Assembly: GCA_965219445.1 (NCBI GenBank)
Contig: CBDCNQ010000005.1
Span: 512,001 to 576,000, forward strand
Direction of reading: 5' to 3'
Source of the DNA: Longimicrobiales bacterium
GTDB lineage: Bacteria > Gemmatimonadota > Gemmatimonadetes > Longimicrobiales > Gaopeijiaceae
Length of the DNA stretch: 64,000 nucleotides
Below the pieces are notes generated by a model that saw nothing but the letters and a program-made list of their open reading frames with translations, was not told where the DNA came from and did no database searches. Positions 10,293 through 19,609 of the stretch are shown here, in pieces; position 1 is the stretch's first letter, and each line of letters opens with the position of its first letter. The position numbers and the translations under genes are program-made.

Positions 10293-10533
10293 ACGATCTC
10301 CTCGACGATCAGGTTCCAAAGACCCTGGCTAGCCCGTTCAATGATCTGGGCCGCACCGACGGCCCATCAACCGACGCGTCCTGCCTCCTTGAAACCACGA
10401 AGATTTAGACTCCAGACTGCCGGCTCGAAACTTGGCGACACACACGGCCGCGTCTCTATGAACAGACGCTGCCAAGGTACTGATCTGCCCCCCAAAGCGG
10501 TACCCCCGTCCAATGCCAGACCAGCAGCCGCCC

Positions 10534-10886
10534 TTACAGTTGAGGCAACCTGAGAAACCAAGATGATGGCTTGATCGTCTCCAGAGCGAGTGGGAGACGA
10601 TCGCAGCCAGGGTGTGGCCGGGTGGTATTTCGCAGCCGCAGCCCCTGCTCAACCAGCACCTCAGCCTCGGCCAGTGAATAGCAGATCTCCCCGTTCAAGA
10701 ACTTGTTTCTCAACCTTCGCTTGAAGCTCTCGACGTAGCCACTTAGCCGAGGACTCCCCGGCTCGATGTATAACGTCTGGACACCTGGCCCGGCAAAAAA
10801 CACCACCGGACCAGTTTGGCGGTGAACTCAGGCCCATTGTCGGAGCGCAGATTGTCGGGCGGACCATGCCGCGCGAACCAATTGGC
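10534..10886 (-). pseudogene. IS3-family transposase (integrase core) remnant
   Basis: LRSDNGPEFTA and LYIEPGSP..GYVESF..RLR in shifted frames. Confidence 0.8.
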
Positions 10887-12257
10887 TGTCAACGCCGATT
10901 GAAAATGTCACACTTCGACGGCGGGTGACGAGCCTCTCGATCGTCGTTTTTTCCTTTGCTCTTGCCCTCGTTTTGCGGGGGGGGGGGCTCCGCAGGAGGC
11001 GAGTGGAGCCCTTTGGAGAGCTCGGTGCGATAATGCATCCGGTAGCTGTTACCGCGGAGGTTGACGATGTGGCAGTGGTGCGGAGCCGGTCGAGGAGTGC
11101 TGCGGCCATGACCTCGTCGCCCAGAACCTCGCCTCACTCCTCGAAGCCCTTGTTGGACATGAGCACGGTGGATGTGTACTCGTAGCGCCGGTTGATCAAG
11201 TGGAAGAAGAGCATGGCGCCGGTCTGACTGACCGGTAGGTAGCCAATTTCGTCCACGACCAGGAGCGCGGGATAAGTCAGGGCCTTGAGGCGGTGACCGA
11301 GCCGGCCCGCGGCCTTGGCTTCTTCGAGAGAGGTGATGAGGTCGGCCGGAGCGCCGTTGTAGACACTGCTTCCGCTCCGGGCTGTAGCAGTGGCCAGGCT
11401 GATCGCCTGATGCGTCTTGCCGACGCCCGGAGGGCCGAGGAAGATCACGTTCTCCTTGCGTGCCAGGAACCCGAGCGCGGCATGGACGGGCGTTGGGCCT
11501 GCATGCGCGGATCCGGAAGCCATGATGGCTCGCGAAGCGTAGGAACTCGGCGTTCTCGATACGGCGACCTCCCATGGCTCGCTCATCCTTGATGACTACG
11601 ACGTTCATCTGGTCGAACAGTAGCTCGTGGGGCACACCGCCAAAGAACGAGAACGCCTCTTCAAGACCCTCGAAGACATGCATCGTCTTCCTGAAGAAAA
11701 ACTGTAGCCACACAGGACGCGGGAGAAGCCCAGCACGGCCAGGAACGCATAACGCTTGCCCTAGTGCAGCCGAAAGTCCGCGAAGTCGACCTGACCCTGG
11801 TGGCCCAGCGGCGTCTCAAAGCGGACTACCGGATCCTCAGGCGCCGGGGGCGGACCTTGCGCACTTACTCCTTAAGTTATGTGTATCCACCCCGATGCCT
11901 GCCGCTCGGGTCTCTTCGAGAGCCAGATCGCTGTGAGTCGCGGGTAGGTCTCCAAGGGTACTTCGATGATGCCTGTGTCGGGATCCAGCTTGGTGGACTT
12001 CGGCGATCGAGGCCCCTAGGGGACCGGTTCGTCGTCCGGTCCCGATCCGATCCCCCGGCCTCGATCTCAGCGATAGATCGTGCGTCGATCGAGCTAGGAT
12101 CAAAGGCATCATAGGGGCATGGCGACCGCTACCGGTACCGATCAGCAGCGAAGCAGCCCGAAGACGAAGAGGCGTTCTCCTCCGGGAGCGGGTGCGCGTT
12201 CATCATTATTCGCGCAAGCAAGCAACCCAACCCGTCCTACCCAAGAGGAGGATGCCC

Positions 12258-13313
12258 ATGGAGAGGTATATCGGACTCGACGCACACGCGTCGAGCTGCA
12301 CGCTGGGGATTGTAGGCCCCAGCGGCAAGCGCTTGGGCTCGCAGGTGGTGGAGACGAACGCGCGGGCGCTGATCGAGGTGCTGCGAGGGATTCCGAGGAA
12401 CCGGCACTTATGCCTGGAAGAAGGGACGCTGTCGGGGTGGCTGTACGAGGTGCTGAAGCCGCACGTGGAGGAGCTGACGGTGGCGGGGGTCGGCAAGAGC
12501 CGGGGCCCGAAGACCGACAAGCTGGACGCGTTTGCCCTGGCGGAGAAGCTGCGGATCGGATCACTGGAGACGACGGTCTACAAGAACCGGGGCCAGTTCA
12601 GGCGGCTGGGGGAACGGGCGAAGAGCTACGACTTCTTGGTCGGCGACACGGTGCGGGTGAAGAACCGGCTCAAGAGCGTGCTGCGCTCGAGAGGAGTGGC
12701 CTACGGCGCGGGGCGCTCGGTCTACTTAAAGCGCGACCGGGAGGAGTGGTTGGCCAAGCTGCCGGAAGCGAGCAGGACGACGGCCGGGTTGCTGTACGAG
12801 GAGCACGACGCACTCGTGGCATTGAGGGCGAAGGCCGAGAAGGCGTTGCTGGCGGAAGCACGCAAGCATCGAGAGTGGCATGTGCTGAAGACGTGCCCGG
12901 GTCTGGGTCCGATCCGGACGGCGGAGCTCCTGCCGGTGGTGGTGACGCCGTACCGGTTCCAGAGCCGGAGCAGGTTCTGGGCGTACTGCGGACTGGGCGT
13001 CGTGATGCGGAGCTCGTCGGACTGGGTGCGGGGTCCGGGTGGGCGGTGGGTAAGGGAACCGGTACAGCAGACGCGGGGGCTGAATCGGAACTTCAACCAC
13101 ACGCTGAAGCGTGTGTTCAAGGGCGCAGCGACGACGGTGATCGGTCGGGCCGAGGACGAGCCCTTGTACCGCCACTACGAGCGACTCCTGGAGGGGGGCA
13201 CGAAGCCGAATCTGGCGAAGCTGACGATCGCGCGTCAGCTCGCCTCGATCGTGCTAGCGGTGTGGCGCACGGGCGAAGCGTACGACCCCAAGAGACTGGA
13301 AGCGACGGAGTAA
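12258..13313 (+). CDS. IS110-family DEDD recombinase/transposase
   Basis: YIGLDAH, CLEEG and KTDKLDA (DEDD RuvC-like domain); C-terminal PGLGP..AYCGL..RSSS; GAGGAGG RBS before ATG 12258; frame intact. Confidence 0.95.
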   Translation: MERYIGLDAHASSCTLGIVGPSGKRLGSQVVETNARALIEVLRGIPRNRHLCLEEGTLSGWLYEVLKPHVEELTVAGVGKSRGPKTDKLDAFALAEKLRIGSLETTVYKNRGQFRRLGERAKSYDFLVGDTVRVKNRLKSVLRSRGVAYGAGRSVYLKRDREEWLAKLPEASRTTAGLLYEEHDALVALRAKAEKALLAEARKHREWHVLKTCPGLGPIRTAELLPVVVTPYRFQSRSRFWAYCGLGVVMRSSSDWVRGPGGRWVREPVQQTRGLNRNFNHTLKRVFKGAATTVIGRAEDEPLYRHYERLLEGGTKPNLAKLTIARQLASIVLAVWRTGEAYDPKRLEATE

Positions 13314-13698
13314 ACCGGCCTGGGATCGGCGAGCGTGGGGTCGAAAGCGGTCACAACATGGGGTCCGACGAAACGGAAGCGAACCGGTTACAGGGGACAG
13401 CATCCATACACACCGTGGGCCGGGGCAGAGAGCCCAAGCCCCCACTCAAAGGCTATGCACCCCTGGAGAGCCGAACGAAGCGATGGGCCACAGAGTCCCA
13501 GATAGAAGGATGGTTCCCGCTCCAGAGCGGAGAACGCGACGGCTGTGAACGTCTTCCGGACTGCGATGCGGACCCTGCGAGCGCACCCCTCCCCACCCTG
13601 AGTCGTCGACCGGGCAATCCAAACCATGCGGACGCCGACGGTCAAAAAATGAGCCGACGGCGCGTGGGGAAGGTGCGTCTTGACCGCCAGCCCCATAG
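13314..13698 (+). ncRNA. Putative bridge/seek RNA region of the IS110 element (guide loops at about 13391-13517)
   Basis: An internal loop carries TACACACC (reverse complement of the target right flank) and TCAAAGG (target left flank plus core). A second loop carries ATAGAAGG (donor left flank plus core). Exact RNA ends are unknown. Confidence 0.8.
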
Positions 13699-13789
13699 AA
13701 GGGTGTGTAAAAAGAGAGGCGACGTACCTTTGCGCTGAGATTTAAACCAGCGAGCCCGGGTGACAGCCCGGGGAAAGGAACGTCGCCTC

Positions 13790-15035
13790 ATGAGAGAGGA
13801 TATCGCGGGACCCCAGGGTGCGTCCAGCAGGCTGATGTGGGAGACGCTCGAGGGGATGGTTAGGGAGAAGGCGCAGGAGTTCATCCAACAGATCATGGAG
13901 GAGGAAGTCACGGAGTTGTTAGGCCGGGAGAGGTCAGAGCGCAGGAGTACGGTGGACTCGGCCGAGGGCTACCGCAACGGATATGGCAAGCCGAGGCGGT
14001 TGGCGATGAGCTCGGGCACGATCACACTCCGACGCCCTCGGGTTCGGGGCGTCGAGGAGCGGTTCGAGAGTCGGGTGCTGCCGTTGTTCGCGAGGCGGAC
14101 GAAGGAGCTGGGCGCTCTGCTTCCGGAGCTGTATCTGCACGGACTGGCAGAGGGAGACTTCGAGCTGGCGATGCGGGGACTGCTAGGCGAGGGGGCACCG
14201 CTGTCGAAGTCTTCGATTCGGAGACTGCGGGCGGGATGGACGGCGGAGTTCGAGGAATGGAGCCAGCGTCGCCTGGAGGGCCGTGAGGTCGTCTACGTAT
14301 GGGCGGACGGGATCTACGTGAAGGCAGGGCTCGAGCGGGACAAGGCGGCGCTGCTGGTGGTGCTGGGCGCGATGCGAGACGGGACGAAGGAGGTGTTGGC
14401 CCTGAGATCGGGCTACCGAGAGTCGGTCGAGTCCTGCTCCGAGGTGTTGCGGGATCTGAAGGCACGCGGCATCGAGGCGCCCCGGCTTCTGATGGCGGAC
14501 GGTAACGCGGCGATCTGGGGCGCAGTACGGGCAGGTATGGCCTGAGGCGGGCGAGCAACGGTGCTGGAACCACAAGATGAGGAACGTGCTGGACCGGCTG
14601 CCGCAGCGGGAGCAGAGCGAGGCGAAGGATCTTCTCAGGGCCGTGGTCTACGCACCGAGCCGGGCCGAGGCTGTGAAGGCCCGCGAAGTGTTCGCCAGGC
14701 GCTACAGGCCGTGGTATCCGAAGGCGGTGGACGTACTCGAGGACGACTGGGAGCGGATGGTGGCGTTCTACGACTTCCCCGAGGATCACTGGAAGCATCT
14801 ACGCACGACGAACGTGGTCGAGAGCCCGTTCGCTGCGCTACGGCTCAGGACGACGGCGGCGAAGCGATTCAAGCGGGTCGAGAGCGCTACGGCGCTGATC
14901 TGGAAGTTGCTCTTGGTGGCCGAGAAGCGGTTCCGAAGGCTCGACGCTCCTCACCTCCTCAAGGACGTGTTTGAAGGAAGGAAGTTCGAAGACGGAAAGC
15001 CCGTCTCAACCCAACAGCGGAAGAATGCCGCCTGA
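13790..15035 (+). pseudogene. IS256-family transposase, frameshifted near 14530
   Basis: GYRNGY, YVWADGIY, LMADG, then QRCWNHKMRN and LRTTNVVES in the next frame. Confidence 0.88.
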
Positions 15036-15324
15036 TACGTTTACACACCTATTGACCCAACCTCCGTCGATCAACGCCCAGGTCACTCGCCAGGGCTGCC
15101 TTCGACATGCCTTGTTCGAGATAGTGTCTGAGCAACACATGCTCCTCTGTTCCGTACATCGCGCCTCCGACGTGTGGGTAGAGTCGCAAAGATGGAGGAT
15201 CGACGCGTGGGCGCTCAGTTAGTAGAGCTTACGCTCGGCGCCTCGCAGCCCGACCTACAGGACCGCGGAGTGTGACATTTTCGTCCGCCACTTCTGTGTA
15301 AGCGCTTAGTCCGCCGCTAACGAT

Positions 15325-15480
15325 TAGCGAGTGCAAACTCCTCGAGCAGAAAAGCTCGCGGAACCAGCTCGAGGCGCGGATGGCCGTGTTGGACTTCATC
15401 GAGGCCTAGTATGATCCCCACCGATGACACTCCGCTCTCGGGCATGGGTCACCCCTTGATTACGACAAGGAAGCACACAC
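15325..15480 (+). pseudogene. IS3-family transposase C-terminal remnant
   Basis: EARMAVLDFIEA*YDPHR*HSALG resembles the IS3 OrfB C-terminus, with stop codons. Confidence 0.65.
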
Positions 15481-15514
15481 CGCACCTATCGATAACCCCA
15501 GCATCGAGGTAGCC

Positions 15515-16855
15515 TTGAAGCACTTACGGGTCCGCCCGCTCAAAGGACCAATCGGTGGAAGCATCGAAGTGCCCAGATCCAAACCGGAAACCCAGCGCGC
15601 CATCCTGGCCGCCTCTCTTGCGGAGGGCTCGTCGATCATCCATGGCGATCTAAGGTGTGAGGAGACTCTGGCCATGCGGACGGCGGTGTCGGCGCTTGGG
15701 GCTCATGTGAAGGTAGATCACGGTGCCCTGTGGGTAACAGGAACATCACGGCCGGCCGCGCCGGCATCAGTGATACATTGCGGTGGTTCTGCGCTGGTGT
15801 TTCGTACAATGCTTGCGCTTGCATCATATAGTGGGGCGCCGACCATTCTGAGTGGAGACCACACGCTCCGATTGCGGCCGATGGCACCACTTTTCAGTTC
15901 GCTAGGTGAACTAGGGGCGGTGGTGGAGGAAATCTCGGAAGCCGGATGCGCCCCGGCAGTCAATTGGGGCAGGGGGCTGCGCGGCGGACACGCGTATCTG
16001 CCACCCGACGTAAGCTCACAGTTCCTCACGGCGCTTTTGTTTGCCGCGCCGCTTGCCGAGCGTAGGCTCATTCTCTCCGTAGGACAGCCTTTGCGTTCAC
16101 GATCGTACGTTGATCAAACGATCGTTGCTCTAGCACGTGCTGGTATCACGGTCGAAGTGTCCTCCTCCAATAGTATCTACTGTGTCGAGCCGGGACCGTA
16201 CAGGCCTTTTGAGGTAGGAATCGGCGGCGATTTCACATCCGCGTCATACCTGATGCTGCTTGCATCCCTTTTCCCTGGCAGTTCTTTGACCTTGAGGGGG
16301 CTCGAGGAGGATAGCCTCCAGGGGGAGCGACTCATGCTGGACGCTTTGGAGGCAGTCGGCGCAAAAGTGGGTTTCAACCGAAAGGACGAATGCCAGATTG
16401 AGGTCTCCAATGAACTCCAAGGAGACCTGGAACTAGACCTGTCTAATGGGCCGAATGTGTTCCCGACACTCGCGGTATTGGGTGCCTTCATACCTGGCAC
16501 AACGGTGCTTGTCGGAGCGCGACTAACGAACGATCACAAGTGTCCGAGGATCACCGCGGTGGCGGAGGAGCTGAGGCGCTTCGGGGTCAAATTGTCGCTG
16601 ATCTACGATGGAAACAGCTTGGACGGGTTGCGGATTCAGGGTCGTCGAGACTACAAGGGAGACGCCATACTTGATAGCCACGGTGACCACAGATTGCTAA
16701 TGGCCTTGGCGGTTGCGTGTACTCGAATGTCGAGAGCTACGTCGGTGACGGGATCCACTCTGGTCGCTCAGTCCTACCCGAACTTCTATAGGCATCTCAC
16801 AAGACTGGGAGTGCAACTCGCCGATGAACCGTTGCTGACTCCACCGGCAAGCTAG
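15515..16855 (+). CDS. EPSP-synthase/enolpyruvyl-transferase-fold protein, divergent from AroA
   Basis: 446 aa; PRSKPETQRA, LRLRPM, VSSQF, GDFTSASY, HGDHR, SYPNF. Several AroA catalytic positions are altered. Confidence 0.85.
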   Translation: MKHLRVRPLKGPIGGSIEVPRSKPETQRAILAASLAEGSSIIHGDLRCEETLAMRTAVSALGAHVKVDHGALWVTGTSRPAAPASVIHCGGSALVFRTMLALASYSGAPTILSGDHTLRLRPMAPLFSSLGELGAVVEEISEAGCAPAVNWGRGLRGGHAYLPPDVSSQFLTALLFAAPLAERRLILSVGQPLRSRSYVDQTIVALARAGITVEVSSSNSIYCVEPGPYRPFEVGIGGDFTSASYLMLLASLFPGSSLTLRGLEEDSLQGERLMLDALEAVGAKVGFNRKDECQIEVSNELQGDLELDLSNGPNVFPTLAVLGAFIPGTTVLVGARLTNDHKCPRITAVAEELRRFGVKLSLIYDGNSLDGLRIQGRRDYKGDAILDSHGDHRLLMALAVACTRMSRATSVTGSTLVAQSYPNFYRHLTRLGVQLADEPLLTPPAS

Positions 16856-16979
16856 ATTTGTCCCATCGTGACCCGACTTAGATTGAATCCGATCTCCTTC
16901 GTGCTCGGAAATTGACTCTTCTTCCAGCATCGCCCGAAACTAGGCCTTACCCTCTGTGAGTGGCGGATTATTTCGACTT

Positions 16980-17660
16980 TAGGATCTGTACAGATCCGGA
17001 TAGCAACGGCTAACCAGAGACCGTCTCGCTTGACCATTGGTGAACTGCCAATCATCTGCGAAGGACTTGATCGACCCCGGCTGTATACTCAACCGACACG
17101 GATCCCCCGAGAATGTCAGCTTATCGAAGGGGATCCGCAATACCGAGGCCGCGAGCCTTTGAGTAGGCCTCCTTGAGAGTCCAAAGTACCGTGAATCGGT
17201 CCAGCCGGTGGCGCGGCCGGTAGCTTTACGAAATCGTCAAACTCGATGCTACGCAGCACTGTGCCAGCTAAAGCGTGTATGTCGGAGACCTGGCCTTTGG
17301 CTTGCACGTCGATCCCGCAATCGATTTCGGTGGTAACGACGCAGGCTACATGCCTGGCCGTGTGAGAGATATTGAATCTCATCCTAGGGGTCAGAACCGG
17401 ATGGGCGATCTCTGGACGCCCCGTGTGAAGTTCGTCGAAGCTCCATGACGAAACGGCACTCAGGGACAACATGTTGTCAGAGCGGCGCCGCGCGAGCGTG
17501 GGGCTGGGGCTCTAGGGCAGGCATGATCCGTCATCTTCGCAGGGAATCTCCCCGGGAACAGCGTACGAGGGATGTGTCCGGGAGCGAAGGCCAAGGGAAG
17601 TTGATGTTCGTCCCGCGACTCTGCGTCCGAAACCCGACCCGACCCGAGTGAGCCATGGCA
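16980..17660 (-). pseudogene. Sfp-type 4'-phosphopantetheinyl transferase with multiple frameshifts
   Basis: FNISHT and GIDVQ in the 17116-17472 frame; WTLKEAYSKARGLG in another frame; boundaries approximate. Confidence 0.8.
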
Positions 17661-17674
17661 TGGGGACCCGAACT

Positions 17675-18619
17675 CTAGCAGGCCTTGAAATTGTATCCCC
17701 GTGTCGTCGCAGTCACCGAACGATTGTGGTGATAGTCGTCGCGACCACTCACCAGTACGACGCCGTACTTTTCGAGATTGACCCTGTCACCGAACTCCTC
17801 TAGGAACATCGTGTCCGGATAGACTGCTACGCATGGCGGGACGTACCGCGCTGCGAATCCGAGACGCATCATTCGTGTCTTCCCTGCATGAGGATGCGAC
17901 GCATGCATCAGTGTGGACCAGAACATCACCGCTTCCCCCGGGCGCATCACGATTGATACAGCCAGCGATTCATCAGGCATCCACTCAGGATCCAACTGCA
18001 ACTCACGGTAGTCATATCCAAAAAACCCCCTCCGGACTCCGCGCTTATCGATCATGTTTATGTCCTGCGGCGAGTAATGCATGCCCTTCGACTCGTCGTA
18101 GAACATCCGCTCATGCGTGCCGGGCACGAATTGGAGGCAACCCGTCTCCTCATTCGAGTCCGTGAACGCCGTCCATACAGTGATGGTCCCTCCGAATTTC
18201 TTGAGGTGTTCCGGCCAGACGATCTGAGGCTTGCCCGAAGCATTCGCAAACGTGTCTGCCTGGTGCCAGTCCGTACCTTCGTCGCCGGGATACTTGGCAA
18301 AGAACTCAGTGCGCCAGCAAACGATGTCCGGACCTAATGCGCCCTGCACCCGGCTGATAATCCCCGGGTGACAAACATGGTCCGCAAGTAGCTCACAGTC
18401 GAGATGGCGATCGTAGTTCATGATGGTACTCTTCGGCGAAGAGTGGTTCTGCCCCGAGTAAACCGCGAAAGTCCGATCGAGTAGCTCAATGCGCTGTCGC
18501 TGCCAGCGGGTCCGCATCTCCTCCGGCTCATAGAGCTTGAATGGCCCGAGATACCCCTGCTCCTGGAATCGCGCGTGATCCTCCGCAGTCAGTGCACCCA
18601 ACATGTCAGTGTCGCTCAT
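17675..18619 (-). CDS. syrB2: SyrB2-like non-heme Fe(II)/2-oxoglutarate carrier-protein-dependent halogenase
   Basis: [39 protein letters not shown] and FWSTLMHAS closely follow SyrB2 as recalled. HQA replaces HxD/E, giving the halide-binding site. Confidence 0.93.
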   Translation of the reverse strand: MSDTDMLGALTAEDHARFQEQGYLGPFKLYEPEEMRTRWQRQRIELLDRTFAVYSGQNHSSPKSTIMNYDRHLDCELLADHVCHPGIISRVQGALGPDIVCWRTEFFAKYPGDEGTDWHQADTFANASGKPQIVWPEHLKKFGGTITVWTAFTDSNEETGCLQFVPGTHERMFYDESKGMHYSPQDINMIDKRGVRRGFFGYDYRELQLDPEWMPDESLAVSIVMRPGEAVMFWSTLMHASHPHAGKTRMMRLGFAARYVPPCVAVYPDTMFLEEFGDRVNLEKYGVVLVSGRDDYHHNRSVTATTRGYNFKAC

Positions 18620-18730
18620 TGTTCACCCTTCCTTCCACCCTGGCGGGAACAGGACTCGTGTCGCCGTGCACCCCTTAGAATAACGACTGGAGCGTGTGGC
18701 GTCATCCTGATCCCTTGAGCACTGGGCAGC

Positions 18731-19579
18731 CTAGTGGTACATGAACTGACCGCCGTTGACGTGAAGGGCCTGACCAGTGATGAAGGATCCGCCATCACCA
18801 GCGAGAAACACGCAGGCCATGGCGACGTCCTCGACGCGTCCGATTTTTTTCATCGGTATCTGCCGGAGACGTATCTGCAACCAGTCCCTTGGATACTGGC
18901 TCCAATCTCGCTCCGTGTCGATCGATCCCGGAGAGACTGTGTTGGCCGTTATGCCACAGGCTGCGAACTCGATCGAAATAGCCTTTGTGAGAGCGTGTAA
19001 CCCTGCCTTGGAGACGATGTTGTGCGCACGGGCCTCGATGTGCCCCGCAAAGCCGTCCTCACCGGCAATATGGATGATCCGTCCCCGCCTGGATTCTATC
19101 ATTCCGGGGAGGACAGCCCTAGCGAGGTAGAACGCCGCGTTGAGGTTGGTGTTAAGCGTGTCGTTCCAGTCCTTCAACGAAATCTCGAGAAACGGCTGAC
19201 GCCGCCGTTTCCCGACGTTCGAGACTGCAATGTCCACCCTTCCGAAACGGCGCTCCGCCGCATCAACCATCTTTAGGACTTGATCCGGGTCACCGACGTC
19301 GGCGAGATGTTTCACCGCCACGCCACCGTCTTCTCCGATCTTCCGCACGACTTGATCCAGCGCGGCCACGTCGCGGCGCCCGTTAACAACGATGTTCGCG
19401 CCAGCACGAGCCAGACCCAATGCTATCGCCCGACCAATGTTCCGACCAGCGCCAGTCACGATGGCAGTCCGTCCTGCCAGCTGCGGCCCTCCACCGTTGT
19501 CTCCAGGCGAATCTGTCAACCCGCTCCCTGTGGCAGTCACGCGCTTATAGCCTTCTCTGATATGACCCTCGAGGAACAT
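18731..19579 (-). CDS. Short-chain dehydrogenase/reductase (FabG-like)
   Basis: TGAGRNIG Rossmann motif and NTVSPG; the catalytic YxxxK appears as NIVSK. Confidence 0.9.
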   Translation of the reverse strand: MFLEGHIREGYKRVTATGSGLTDSPGDNGGGPQLAGRTAIVTGAGRNIGRAIALGLARAGANIVVNGRRDVAALDQVVRKIGEDGGVAVKHLADVGDPDQVLKMVDAAERRFGRVDIAVSNVGKRRRQPFLEISLKDWNDTLNTNLNAAFYLARAVLPGMIESRRGRIIHIAGEDGFAGHIEARAHNIVSKAGLHALTKAISIEFAACGITANTVSPGSIDTERDWSQYPRDWLQIRLRQIPMKKIGRVEDVAMACVFLAGDGGSFITGQALHVNGGQFMYH

Positions 19580-19609
19580 CGTGGTCGCGCGGAAAGATCC
19601 ATGGACGTC

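Larger units (their letters stand above)
12107..13702 (+). mobile_element. IS110-family (IS1111-type) element
   Basis: AAGG at both junctions (12103-12106, 13699-13702). Sub-terminal inverted repeats TAGGGGCATGGCG / CGCCAGCCCCATA. TTGACC near the right end. Long 3' non-coding region. Confidence 0.9.
12091..15064 (+). mobile_element. IS256-family element with 8-bp TSD; its left terminal repeat is split by IS110
   Basis: TSD CGTCGATC at 12083-12090 and 15065-15072. The reconstructed left IR GAGCTAGGATCAAAGGGTGTGTAAA matches the reverse complement of the right IR, GAGGTTGGGTCAATAGGTGTGTAAA, at 20/25. Confidence 0.92.
10887..15322 (-). mobile_element. Degenerate IS21-family element (istA/istB) interrupted by IS256
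   Basis: End TGTCAACGCCGATTGAAAATGTCACAC at 10887. The other end near 15322 contains GTGTGACATTTTC. istA N-terminus MYGTEEHVLLRHYLEQGMSKAALASDLGVDRRTIYR starts at 15159 and continues at 12082. istB has GPPGVGKTH and LLVVDEIGY (11134-11586). Many frameshifts. Confidence 0.85.

Noticed and set aside
13456..13462. TGCACCC as the right target guide
   Set aside because: It forms part of the outer stem; TACACACC at 13407-13414 is an exact match in the expected loop position.
12119..13738. 539-aa ORF spanning the IS110 element
   Set aside because: It is an alternate-frame, Gly/Ala-rich shadow of the recombinase with no motifs.
15515..16855. Housekeeping aroA
   Set aside because: Key catalytic residues appear substituted and no shikimate-pathway genes are adjacent.
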